A stretch of 64,000 bases of DNA from Raja brachyura (lineage: Eukaryota). The stretch covers positions 55,490,001 to 55,554,000 of the forward strand of contig OY740790.1 of the NCBI GenBank assembly GCA_963514005.1. The letters are read 5' to 3'. Under the pieces are notes generated by a model. The model had not been told where the DNA came from and did no database searches. It was given only the letters and a program-made list of their open reading frames with translations. This document shows, piece after piece, positions 40,139 to 53,326 of this stretch (positions within the stretch are counted from its first letter, which is position 1; each line of letters starts with the position of its first letter). A program made the translations under genes and the position numbers.

Positions 40139-41718
40139 CAGTGTCCTCCATAATGTTTGGGACAAAGACCCATCGTTTATTTATTTGCCTCTATACTCCA
40201 CAATTTGAGATTTGTAATAGAAAAAAATTACATGTGGTTAAAGTGCACATTGTCAGATTTTATTAAAGGGTATTTATATACATTTTGGTTTCACCGTGTA
40301 AAAAATACAGCTGTGTTCATACATGGCGCCCCCCCCCCCCCCCCCCCGTTTCAGGGCACCATGATGATTGGGACATGGCTGCACAGGTGTTTGTAATTGG
40401 TCAGGCGTGTTTAAATGCAGGTATAAAGAGAGCTCTCAGCACCTAGTGTTTCCTCCAATCTTTCCTTCACCTTTGGAAACGTTATTGCTGTTTATCAACA
40501 TGAGGACCAAAGTTGTGCCAATTAAAGTCATTATGAGACTGAGAAAGAAGAATAAAACTGTTAGAGACATCAGTCAAACCTCAGGCTTACCAAAATCAAC
40601 TGTTTGGAATATAATTAAGGAGAAAGAGAGCACTGGTGAGCTTACTAATCGCAAAGGGACTGGCAGACCAAGGAAGACCTCCACAGCTCATGACAGAAGA
40701 ATTTTCTCTATAATAAAGAAAAATCCCCAAACACCTGTCCGACAGATCAGACTGTTCAGGAGTCAGGTATGATTCGTCAGTGACCAATGTCCGCAGAAGA
40801 CTTCATGAACAGAAATACAGAGGCTACACTGCAAGTTGGAAACCAGTGGTTAGCTGTAAAAATAGGATGGTCAGGTTACAGTTTGCTAAGGAGTACTTAA
40901 AGGAGCAACCACAGTTCTGGAAAAAGGTCTTGTGGACAGATGAAACGAAGATTAGCTTATATCAGAGTGGTGGCAAGAGCACAGTATGGAGGACAGAAAG
41001 GAACTGCCCAAGATCCAAAGCATACCACCTCCTCTGTGAAACACGGTGGTGGTGGTATTATGGCCTGGGCATGTATGGCTGCTGAAGGTACTGGCTCACT
41101 TATCTTCTTTGATGATACAACTGCTGATGATAGTAGCATAATGAATTCTGATGTGCATAGACACATCCTATCTGCTCAAGTTCAAACAAATGCCTCAAAA
41201 CACATTGGCCGGTGGTTCATTCTACAGCAAGACAATGATCCCAAACATACTGCTAAAGCAACAAAGGAGTTTTTTCAAAGCATGGCTTTTATATGCTGAA
41301 GGGAAAACTGAAGGGGACTAGCCCCCAAAACAAGCATAAGCTAAAGATGGCTACAATACAGGCCTGGCAGAGCATCACCAGAGAAGATACCCAGCAACTG
41401 GTGATGTCCATGAATCGGAGACTTCAAGCAGTCATTGCATGCAAAGGATGTGCAGCAAAATACTAAACGTGACTACTTTCATTTGCATGACTGCTGTGTT
41501 CCAAACATTACGGTGCCCTGAAATGGGGGCACTATGTATTAGCACTGCTGTCATTTCTACATGGTGAAACCAAAATGTATAAAAATAGCCTTTATTAAAA
41601 TGCGAAAATGTGCACTTTAGCCACATGTGATTTTTCCTATTACAAATCTCAAATTGTGGAGTACAGAGGAAAATAAATAAATGATGGATCTTTGTCCCAA
41701 ACATTATGGAGGGCACTG
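40139..41718 (+). mobile_element. Near-full-length Tc1 transposon with long IR/DR-type TIRs (1580 bp)
   Basis: TA flanks at 40137-38 and 41719-20; about 220-240-bp TIRs with outer and inner direct repeats (cagtgtcctccataatgtttgggaca / tcagggcaccatgatgattgggaca). Confidence 0.95.
40500..41466 (+). pseudogene. Frameshifted Tc1 DDE transposase
   Basis: HTH region, GRPRK, WTDETKI and QQDNDPKH are split over three ORFs; the SPDLNPIE segment is missing. Confidence 0.9.
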
Positions 41719-42285
41719 TACAGCATGCAGCCAGTGTGGAAAACGTGTGGATGGTTTGAGCAATTATTGTATCTCGTTTTGTCTGTCCTTGCATATTAGC
41801 AACAAGTATCTATGAGCTATCTCTCTCCAAGCGGAGAATATATATTTTTTAATAAAAGAGAAGCAACCTGCCAGTGCAGTTATCTTAAAGTTCTGGAAAT
41901 GATAAATCTTTACTCAGTTTTCAGCCAAATGACAAAGCTGCTAATCAAATTCTTTTCAGCACCAAATTAAATCAATAACCTTTTGATGGATTATTTCACT
42001 TACACTCCACTTATAAAAACCCAAAAGAGTAACACCTTTGGAAAAAGAAGACACATCGCCCAGCAAGGTGGTGATAGAGTCCTTCCCTTTACTTTGCTGC
42101 TTCATTAGAAATGGTGAATTGGCTGCAGATTGGACTTTATTTCTAATTACTGGGAGTGACCTCTGTAGAATAATACTCTGCACAACTATTCTCCTCCTTC
42201 AGCCCCATCTTACCGACTTTCACTCAAGCTTTGTAGATTCTGAGATGGTTCATGAGGCCAACATGGGATTTATAGGGATTTATAG

Positions 42286-42379
42286 TCTGAAGAAGGGTCT
42301 CGACCCGAAACGTCGCCTATCTCCTTCGCTCCTTAGATGCTGCTGCACCCGCTGAGTTTCTCCAGCTTTTTGTGTAACC
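42286..42379 (+). mobile_element. Short Penelope-derived hammerhead-motif element
   Basis: Near-identical to the 2368 element's 3' end; 14-bp TSD catgggatttatag at 42262-42275 and 42380-42393. Confidence 0.9.
42287..42314 (+). ncRNA. Minimal type I hammerhead ribozyme motif (representative copy)
   Basis: CUGAAGA-A-GGGU(CUCG)ACCC-GAAAC-GUC. Stems I and III are minimal; activity is not shown. Confidence 0.65.
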
Positions 42380-42760
42380 CATGGGATTTATAGACACTGC
42401 CACAGTCGTGGGAGAAGATGTTTAATGTGATGGGCAGTTGGGCAAGTTGGGAATTGATGCTCTTGCTGCTTTTTGCTGGATCTCTGCATGCTTGTACTGA
42501 GCAGACTCCAAAGTTCTCAGTGCTGTCCTATGTGCTCCTTCTCCACCATGAGCAACCACAGAACAGGGTGAGTTGGTGAGATGGTTCGATTTAATACTAT
42601 GAAGGCTTTCAGAGCATTTCCTTCAAGTATTTCCTTAGTCCTTCAGGTACTCGGTTGTCATATTGAAAATCAGAGCAGAGTTTCTATTGTAAGAATCTGG
42701 TATGTTGAATTCAGCGTAGTATAATTAGAGTCTTGACAATGGGGAAGTGTTTCGGTTCGA

Positions 42761-42890
42761 CTGAAGAAGGGTCTCGATCTGAATCGTCACCCATTCCTTC
42801 TATCCAGAGATGATCCCTGTCCCCTGAGTTACTCCAGCATTGTGTGTCTATCTTTGGTTTAAACCAGCACCTGCTGTTCCTTCCTACACA
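42761..42890 (+). mobile_element. Short Penelope-derived element, decayed core
   Basis: ctgaagaagggtctcgatctgaatcgtc...ttccttcctacaca. Confidence 0.75.
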
Positions 42891-45800
42891 TTGGTTCTCA
42901 ACTGGATGTGACAGAGGGTAAAGAGATTCCTGCTTTATTCCACTTCAATGGAAGATTGCTGGGGGATTCCTTTTCCAATATTCATTAATTCATTTTTCAT
43001 CTGATGAATAGTTTGGCTGAGTAGCACTGCCTACGACTTGCTAGAAAAATCTTCCTTTTAAATAATTCACCTAGGCATCACCCGGTAAACTGAAAAGTAT
43101 GCTGATAGCAATTATCATGGACACTGCACACATTTGGTGTGCATGGTCACCTGGGACAAGTGAAAGGCTTTTGTGTCGTGACCACTTTTCAACTCATACA
43201 GGTAATGGCCTTGCAAAATATAATCATTCTTATTTACCAACTCTTATTGCCCAATCTATGAAGTACAGCTATCATCAAGTGATTTATTTAAAAGGCTTTA
43301 AGGAGGCACATAGGATCTTAGCACCACATATTTATGATCTGATTAACAACCCCAAGGCAGAATGAACATTTTGCATTCAAGTAATTTCAAGAGATACAAT
43401 GAGCCATCATACATGAAACAAGGCCAGTCAGCTTTTGAGTTCTAATGAATGGTTACTGCATGCATTTAACCTGTTTTATGATTTTAGATGCAGACTCATC
43501 TGTAGTGAATTTCAATCATTTTCTGCCTTTACAGTTTTAAACAATATTTAGAAATTATCATCGATGACAGCGATGGCTGGTTTAACATATTTATATGACA
43601 GCGCTCAATTGACTTTTAAAATTACATTAAAGATTAGCTTTTAAAGCTTCGGATTAGTGCTCAGTGTCACAATTGTAGATAGTTATTAGGGGCATGTTAA
43701 ATATTTTCTCTGCCAATAACAAAGTGGAAACTTATCATTTGACTTTTGGAAACTAAAGTAATTGCATAAGGAAATTGCATGGTTTGCAGGAACACAGAAA
43801 AGATGCTCAACTTTGAACTGTTAAATGGATCTGACTAACCATTTCACCTAGGGAGTTTGCAGTTATACCCTTCGTGATCACTGATGTTACTGCAGTCAGT
43901 CCAGAGGTACTGATTGCTCAGATGCAGGACATCAGAGTTCATTCTCTAATTTTGTGTAATGACAGACACTCACAATGAGCCCATAAATAATTTACAAAAA
44001 TACCAAATATAATTAAATATTACAGTTTACTCTCGAACAAGCTGAGTCTTCAATACAAAGCACCATTGCAATATCACACAATTCTAAAAATTACGTAGAA
44101 CTATGCATCAATCTCACTACTTACTTTAGTTCCAATCTTTGGCAGTAACAAGGATGCTCAAAGCCAGTTAATGCATCTGAATTGGGTAAGATTTTCTTCC
44201 TCTCAAGAAAGCAGCTGTAACTAATCTTGAAGCACATAAACTTTCAAATTAGGTCTGCTTCAGAAACTTGCTTTCGAGAAAATTAAGATGTTCTTCAGAA
44301 ATTTATCTATTTAACCTCTTTGGAGAGAGAAACCAAACAGACTTGCCTGTATAATTAAATCTGGAACTATTAGCTAAACTTCAAACTTTTGTACATCATG
44401 ATTATACACAATAAAGTATCAACAGTTTAGTCTATGAACTTCCAATGTAGTTAGCATTTTGCTTGTTTAAATTTATGTCAAAATATCAAAATATTAAATA
44501 CCGGTGGATGTCATTTTGTTGATTTGGGGCTTGCAATAGGGAAACGATGGGAAATATTTAAAATTGAAGCCTCGTTATTCTACGTTTTCTTGTGCCGTTC
44601 CTTGGGTTTTCTCCCTCTCAGGCCTCATATCAATGACGTTAAAAGTATCAGAATGTGTCAATTGACTAAATGCTGAGCCATAGTCTTATTCCCTGATATC
44701 TTTAGTCCAATTTCCTTTAAATGCGTATTAATAGAATTTCTTCCACACTTTCAGCAGGATGACTGTATTAGGAAACTTCCATTATTTGTTGCTGCTTCAG
44801 AGACTGTTTACATGAAAACAAGTTAAAAGATTTCTCTTGTTCAAGGTTAAAAATCTCATTTAAAATTGTATGTTCGTTTCTACATCTGTCTGTTTTGATA
44901 TACTCCATCCAATGAATTAGCATTTAATTACCTCTTTTCTAATAAAAAGCATGTTTTTTGAAAATCTTTCTTCATGTTGACGTTTATTAATGTCCAGCAA
45001 CCTTTCATTGCTTTGGGAGAGGACATACAATAGCAGGGAATGCATAATAAATGTTAAAATAACATACCAAGTATTAAAAGCAACAGATGGATCTTGAGTA
45101 TGTCGACAGATGCCTAGTACCAGTCAACACACCGTAGAAATGATGGAACAACAACTCTGAGGATGCATGCTATGACAGTATTGACAGAGTTGAAATATTG
45201 TCAGGAGGAGAGAATAGGCTGGATTTTTGTTGTTGTAAGGAGATCAAAGGAGAAATGTAACTAAAATGTACAATGATAAGAGACTCTGAAAAGGAGAACA
45301 AGAGGGATTTACTACTCTTGGTATAGAGGTCAATAATAAGGAAAATTCAACATGGTTAATTAGAGAAAACATTAAAGGGGACTTCAGAAAAAAGATATTC
45401 ACCCCAAAAGTAAAGCAATATAAAGCAAAAAGTAAAATTCATTGCTTTAAATGATAATTGAGATAAAACTCTCATTACAATTGTAAGATACATACAATCA
45501 CGAACAGTTGTGATTTTCAAGATGAGAAATAGGAAGTGTGAAACATTCTCTAAATATCTGGATACCATTGCAAGCTTTGCAATTGAAATTATTTACATGT
45601 GCAGTGGACAGATGCAGACTGATTCAGAATGCTAAGATAGTTTTCAATTTCCAAGTAATCAGCCAATCAATTGCAATGTTCTAATTTCTTTTTTTATTCT
45701 TTTCCAAATTAATTTTATGTTACCAATTAAAGAATTTTTGAAAATCTCTGAATATCATGATTGGCTTTAGTTGTATCCTTTATATCAATCTTTTCCTCAA

Positions 45801-46359
45801 ATACTTTTTTAGATTTCTCATGCACAACCCATTGTGAAAATGGTACTGGGTGGTTCTGAGTAATTTCTAACAACTAACTGGTTATTAATTGCAGCAATAC
45901 TTAAAGATGCTAAAATGACTGCTACCACTTTGTCTCTCTTCTTGAAAATTAACATCACAGTGGTTGCTTTTACTTCTCTAACACACTCCTATAAACCAAA
46001 AGATCCATGAAATTCCTTTCCTATGATGTATCACCCCATATTTAATTATTCTCCTGTATTAATTTATAGAATACATACAGAATTTATAGAATATAGAATC
46101 CATTCCTGTTTTTCAACTTTGAGTTTGCCTCATTATCTGCCTTTGAAATCCTACTTTAATTATCTCCAATTTAAAAAAATGCCAAAAGACCATGTCCTTT
46201 TAATTTTTTTAAATTTCTGAATAACTTATCAAGTTAAATTCCAAAGCTTCATAACAAAAAAAATTGCATACATGCATACATTCTGCATGTTTGGATTCAA
46301 TTGAACAGTAGGGGTTGGGTAAAACTTCTAAGAAACCAAACATATTACTACTCACAATT

Positions 46360-46860
46360 CTAGCCTATTTTATGGAAAGGATACAGCAGAATTGGAGAAG
46401 GTGCAGAAAAGATTCACAAGGATGATACTGGAACTGTGCATATATCAGGAAAGGCTGGAGCTCTTTTCTCTGGAGAGGAGAAGGTTGACGGATTTATGTA
46501 ACTGAGGTCTTTCAAATGATGTCAGATTTTGATAGGGTCAAGGAAGAGGAATTGAAAATAGGGGTCAAAAATTGTTACTAACAATAGTTACTAACAAAAA
46601 ACTGGTTACTAACAAATCTAGTGTAGGAATTCAGGAGAAACTTCATCTGCAGAGCAAAAATGTGAATTGCTCTAACACAAGCAGTAGCTCGGGCAAACGG
46701 TGAAGCAGCATTTAAGGGCAATAAACACTCAATGGAGGAAAGAGCAGAAGGACATGCTGATGGGATTAAATGAAGTACACCAGGAGGACAATTGTTTGGA
46801 CCATAAAAGACTAGCAAAACTAGCTGGAATGAATGTCCTGTTTCATTCCTATAATCAAAG
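46360..46860 (+). mobile_element. Old CR1 LINE fragment
   Basis: ttggagaaggtgcagaaaagattcacaaggatg...ttttctctggagaggagaagg. Confidence 0.7.
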
Positions 46861-48174
46861 TCACTCAATGTAGTTTTGCAATTTCCTTTTTGTTTTACTA
46901 TAGTCTTTCAATGTTACCTCAGCAAGCCTAATTTTATGGCCTTTCCAAAATTTGCACTATTCCATATGTTAGATCTGTGCGATTCAAGAGGTTTCCAATT
47001 TACATAGATCATTAGGATGAAGATTGCTGTGGAGATGGGGATGAATCTCAGCAAGAGATTTCTTCTCACTATCCTTCCAACACCAAGGAGCCACCCATCA
47101 CATTGCATATTAAGGCTTCTACACAGGAAAGTGCCTCAGCAGTATCTCCAATTTTTGTATATTGGCAGGCAGTTTGTGTCCCTGGAACAATGAATGACTA
47201 GAATATGGATCTTGGAGGATATGCCTAGTAATTAAGATTTGGAAACAAGTCAATTAGGTGGCAAACTAACATGGGAATAACACTATTCTCATATATTACT
47301 ATTATCAGCACTATTATCATTTGCTGATAATTGCCCAACTAAACGGCCTTCATAAGAGAACCCTTAACTGAACTGTGTTTCATCAGACATATTCCAAATA
47401 ATTTTGAATTCAAAATCCTCAAAAAAGTTATGTTGAGCTGCTTACCAATAACCATGCAGATAAACCTGCAGCTTTTACTTAATAAAATCTAATTGTACTC
47501 TCGTGCACACTTGATCATGTGAAATTGTGATATATCAGTCTTAGCCACATCAACCTACACGCACATTCCCTCTGGAAGAGATATTTATATCTTCCACTTG
47601 GTAAGTAAATGGAATGTATAAATATTCCAACATAAAGAGAGCATGTACATTATATTGGACTGTAGATTTCTCAGCACCTTGCATATGAATTCAAACATGG
47701 TGAAAGATTTTTCCAAAATGTAATATAATGGGATTTGACACATCTTTTATAATGCCACCTTCTATTTAAATAATAAAGCTGTTTTATACGCTGAGTACAA
47801 TACCAACCAGATAATTTCTGCTATCCAACCTCAATAAGTCAGCACTGCTTACCACCATTTATCAACTGGACAGGTGGTTAACAGAATCCACCCATACGTC
47901 ACAATTGTTTGGACAATTCACACTGCTCACTTCCACTGTACAAGAAATCAAATGATAGTGACACTGTTTACATCCAACTAGACTGCCTAGTAAACCAGTC
48001 ACATCTATGGATGCGACAATGGCTGATATCTTCTTAAAATCAAAATCCACCAGTGATTTACATACCAAATTAAATAACAGAAATAACGTACCACTGCAGC
48101 TGTTGTTAAAATATTAACCTGTAAATAACCAAGCTGCTTAATAGAAATAGAAAGCCGATATAAAAACCTCCTAC

Positions 48175-48363
48175 CTGATCTGAGCTGTTTAATTCGCCCA
48201 TTGCTGTTACTTGTGTCCACTGGTAAGAAGTCTTTGAACCATGTTATTTCTGGATCTGGGTTCCCACTGGCAGCACACAACATTGTAGCTGTGCGGGTCC
48301 GTTCCACCACCTTCAATTGTGGGCCCATATCAATAGTGGGGAATCCATGAGGCAGCTGTTCCT
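48175..48363 (-). CDS. PTPRF: LAR-family RPTP exon, Ig2 first half (189 nt, phase 1-1): [63 protein letters not shown]
   Basis: Acceptor ttttaacag and donor gtagga on the minus strand. Peptide is the type IIa RPTP Ig2 N-half. Paralog assigned from the downstream exons. Confidence 0.95.
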
Positions 48364-48483
48364 CTGTTAAAATGCAAGTGATATTTTGTGTTAAGGTTAA
48401 TCCCAGGAACAAATAGAAGGCGTTTTTTTTTTTTGCACCATTATCCTTTTTGCAATCCCACATTGAGTCATAGAGGGGTAGTG

Positions 48484-49224
48484 CAGGTCCACCACCGATT
48501 TTCCGGCACCCTTGATTCCAGAGCCTTGCCATGTTATCGTTTTGGCGGATGAACAGAGGTCACGCAATAATGATACAACAATATACCCCATACCCACTAA
48601 TTATTCCCCTCCCATGTCTCTAAAGCACCATTGACTGCTAGAAATTTAAATAAAACAAATATTAAACGTCAAATTATTCTACAGCAAAACTTGAATTTCT
48701 TGCATGGCAGTGAGTTAACGAGTTACCCTCATAAGTCCCAATGGGGGTTGGATCGGCAGTTGCTCGTAGAGCGGAGGCGCCGTTTTCCCGGCAGGACTAC
48801 CAGGCCAACCTCCGCCGATTCATGATTTGGCGAATCTGCCAAAAATGCAGTGGAGCAGGTGCACCCGCCATTCCTGCCATATGATGCGAGCCTCCGAGAG
48901 GAGTTCAATGGTGCTGGACCGGCCGCCTATGCTTCCGGGGTGCCAAGGTAACGGCCCACTTAGTTGGCTTCATAAGTCGACTATGGGAACGAATCCATTA
49001 ACTCCAGCCGAGCTGGAGTTCCCTAGCACTGGCCACAGCGGGCAAATTCAACCCGCCCATCGGCTGTGGGGACCTTGATGAGGTTGGAAACGGCCTCCTC
49101 ACCTAGCCTAGGCGCCCCACATTCGAGGGGACTACTAAGGAGGATTTGAACTGGACTCTCATAATTTTGTCCTGATTAAAGGAGGTGCAGACCACCAGTT
49201 GCCGGAAAATAAGTGGTAGACCTG
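48484..49224. mobile_element. MITE-like element with about 25-bp TIRs (Tc1/pogo-like, tentative)
   Basis: caggtccaccaccgattttccggca versus tgccggaaaataagtggtagacctg; no intact TA flanks. Confidence 0.65.
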
Positions 49225-51446
49225 ATTTAAGGTTAGATAAAGACCCTTTGATCCAATATGTCTATACTGACCACCATGTCTATCTATCCCACTGCATTAA
49301 TCCTATATCCCTCTATGCCTAGCTCATTCAAGTATCTGTCCAGATCCCTCTTACAGATTGTTACTGTTCCTGCATCCAGAAATATTACTCTCTCAATTTT
49401 CTTTCATCCTCTTTCCTTTCATCTGATCCATCATATACTGTGCTTTCTCCTCCCCATCATCTGCTGCCTTCTATCTTATTCCTGCATAAATCTTTCCTGC
49501 TTAATGCTTAATGCCCCTGTTTTGGATGAAACTTGGAACATGGATGGCAGCACTTGATCCTTTACTGAAGTCTCTACATCTGCGCTACACATAGCACTGT
49601 TGTTTTCAGTGCTTAATTTGCTAATGAATGTACGTTTGGCTCTTTAACTCGGAGTATTAACATGACTGTCATTTTGCTCAACCTCTCATTTTCTAGAGGC
49701 TTTGTTCTCACAAAAAGAATTACTCCCAACCTTCATTGCTGCTTCAAGTTACAGAGTACAAGCATAATTATATTTATTACATAATTCGTTGAGTTACATT
49801 CAAAATCATTAATCTACAATGAATATAAAATTAAAAAAAAATTCAGCATGTACAATACAGGTCCTATCTGAACTACAGAGGATGAAGAATCAAAGTTGGC
49901 AATAGTGACTGTTTCTTGAATACTTATTAACATAGCAAAAATGGGTCTTGAAACTGTCAGTTCATAATGATCATGATACTCAAGAGATGAAATATGTCAA
50001 CATTCTTAAGATTGCACAACTACAAGAGATTAAAATTGATTTAAATTAATTTGAGGAACAACATATTTTCATATATGACTGGTATAGATGTATAGCACCA
50101 ACTTTTTACTTATTTTTTACATTTTTGCATGTGAGCAAAATTGGTAGGGATACCTTCTTGAAATGCTGCAATCGCTCTGCTGATTGTAGTACTCTCACAA
50201 TTGGGAGTTTCAGAATTTGGACCAAACAACAACAAATGTCCAAGTCACTTTGAGGGGAACCTCCAGATGGTGCTGTTCCCATGCAACCATGTCCTTTTTT
50301 TAAAAAAAGTGATGGAGGTTGCATGTTAGGACGTTTGTTCAACCCAAATAATTGTGTAGTGTTCCGGAGTGTATTGCTGTGATAACCACTCACAGCCCGA
50401 TCAAAAAGCACGAAGACCTGATGTGTTCCATGATCTGTTCCCGATGACTACATCTGTAAATGGAAAGGTTTCAATTTCCACGCGAGTCATATACCTACCT
50501 CCACCATTGTCTGTGTGGATTCAGTTCACTTTTCGATAACTTATGTAGAAGATTGTCAGGGAAATTCTGTAACAGTCTTTGTCTGGATTCTACTTGTGGG
50601 TTCTTTTGGGATTCATTCTGTTTTCAAAGCTTTTGTAAGGGTTAAAATTTTCAAATTTGGATCTAGAGGGATCTGTGCAACTTTAGCAAGGTACTGAGAG
50701 TTGGATAGTATAGCAACATTTGCCAACAGAGGCTGCCAAAGTAATGGTGAGAAATTTATTCCAATGATGTACCACACTGTGGTTCGAAAGAAAGATCTTG
50801 ACTTGAAATGTTAATACTGTTTCTCACTCTATAAATGCAGTCTGACCTGCTGAATACCATCAGATTTTTCTGTGTTATTTCAGATTTCCATTTCATTGGA
50901 TTTTATTTTTACACATATTTCTAGAAACAACAGAATTTTATTTTTGGAGCAATATCTGTTCATAGGGATACATAGAATTCTGGCTTAATGACAGCTGGTG
51001 TGGTTTTAGAACACACATACAACAAGGACTATTTCAGAAGATGTACATGACCTCAGATATAACTGGATATAGTCCACACCCCAGCACACATCTAGTTACT
51101 GGGCATTTGTAATTAAAAGGTTTCTGCATCTTGCTGATGGTTAACTTTTCCGACTACATTCTTAAAGATTTTGAAGGTTAATCTGTAGTCCCGCATCATT
51201 CTGAGATGTTAATGGATAGATGTCACCTCTCACTTTGTTGTCATGCAAGGTTGCTTTCAGAGTATTTCTGGCATCCTTGCTATCAAGATGATAAACGTTG
51301 ATTACTGTTTTCTAGGTGTTTGGGTCCAGTTTCCAGAAATATTCCTCCATAGTGCTTAAGCCATTGTTCAGGGTAGATTTGATATTATTAAAAGTGCCTG
51401 CTTGGAAAACCAAGAACCGATCATTGTATATGCAAACTGCTGGAGT

Positions 51447-51765
51447 ACTGAAGAAGGGTCCCAATCTGAACCGCCATATGTCCAATTCCCTCCACAGATG
51501 TTGTCTGACCTGTTGAGTTTCCTCATCAGTTTGTTTTTGCCTCAAGATTCCAGCACCTGCAGTCTCTTGTGTCTTAATTTTATTGCTGGAGGAACTCAGT
51601 GGGTCAGACACCATCTGTTGAAGGAAATGGACAGACGATATTTTGAATTAAAACCTGAAAAGTTGTCTGTCCATTTTCCAGCACAGATGTTGCTTGATCC
51701 GCTGAGTTCCTCCAGCAGTTTATTTTGGCTTAAGACTCCAGCATCTGCAACTTCTTGTGTCTCCG
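51447..51765. mobile_element. Cluster of degenerate Penelope-derived short elements in mixed orientation
   Basis: Repeated cagatgttg...ctgagttcctccagc...cagcatctgca motifs. Confidence 0.6.
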
Positions 51766-53326
51766 TTCTATATGCAAATTTGTCTTACTATTGAGATCAT
51801 TGTGCTTGTGAAGAGCATTCATGGCAGTACTGAACCTGCAGCTATTCATCATTAAGGAGCCTGAGTACATTGACGTAATTGCCCAGGTGGACAACTAAGT
51901 ATTTTAATCAAGGAAAGCTATAGCATGAAGCTTTTAACCCAGACTGAATGCTAGATTTATGAAAAATCTACAATGTCACAGGTCATGTACATCTTCTTGT
52001 TGTATGTGTGAGTTCTAAAACTTGATCAAATCAGTTGTTATTAAGCCAGAATTTAACGTATGGGGTTATCTTTCTGGAAAAGACAATCAATTCTTTTGAA
52101 ATGGAGTCTGTAGTTTGTGCATAATCATGTTGTTGGTTACAGCATCCTGGATCATTAGCTTATTCTGCTGAACAGATGTCAGATTCTTAGTAATTAAGAA
52201 TGGTGTGACAGAATAAGTTTCACCAAACACAACACAATAAAGTATGCAGCACTGATAGCAGAATTATAAGTACCTTTGGAGTGTTTGGAGAAAATGGTGC
52301 AATAATATTTTTATTTGGAATGAATTGATCTTGTTGTTAATTATAGTTAATGGTGTCCAGTGTATTGAATGCTGCAAACTCAATGAAACTAAAACTATGC
52401 AGACATGACATTGAATATAAATGCAATTCAGATATTATTCAAAAATCAAGATATTAAATATCCAGCTCTCTTCACAGCTAAATCGATTATTCCAATATAA
52501 CAGAACTTAAACGAGAAAAATAAGACACTAAGCAATAGTCAGTCAAAAACTTCTATAATTTATAATAATAGACTATCAGTGGAGTTGCTATGACTACCTT
52601 TTACGTTTTATCATAACATTCAAGTCACTTACTTTACACCAATGTCTCTATAACAAATGTAGATCAATGGGTGAAATATAATGAGCAATGCTAAAGGACT
52701 GAAAATTCAAGGATACCTTTAATCTAACATATGCATTAGGTAGAGAATATTAATATTGCAAGCTCACAGAAAAGACACTTGTGAATGGTCGCCAGCAAAG
52801 AGGTGACAAAGATGTTCAGACCTCAAAGTGCACCATAAAATATTATTATTCTTCACATTCCATATTTTCCAGCATAATTTTGATTAGAAACCTGATCACC
52901 AGAAATTAAATCTGAACCACTTAGTAAAGAAACAACCATTTTACTGGAGGAATTCACCGGGTCAAGCAGCATCTCTGGAGGGAAATGGATTGTTCACTTG
53001 GAATTGGTGAGTGAGGCATTGTTAGGCATCTATGAAGATTAGATGTTCCTGGCATCAGTGATTATTTTGCAAATTGTCATATTAAACAGATGGACAAGAG
53101 CATAACACAAAATATCATGCATGCTTATGGGGATGAAATTGGGGGCTTGGCTCCTGTGGAGTCATGATGGTTCATAAAGGATTCTCAATGATAAAAGATA
53201 GTGATTCTAAACTTATTTGTTACGTTTCACCACAGGTTTAGTTCAGCCGCACCTGTCTGAAATTCAATTGCATAATGGTATTTTCCTTAGGAATTAAATA
53301 TAATGAAATTACAGATTATTTCACTA

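Noticed and set aside
48175-48363. Assignment to PTPRD
   Set aside because: This exon alone looks PTPRD-like (VVERTR, AASG, VDTSN). Ig3, FNIII-1/2 and meB DQRE favour PTPRF; a phylogeny is still needed.
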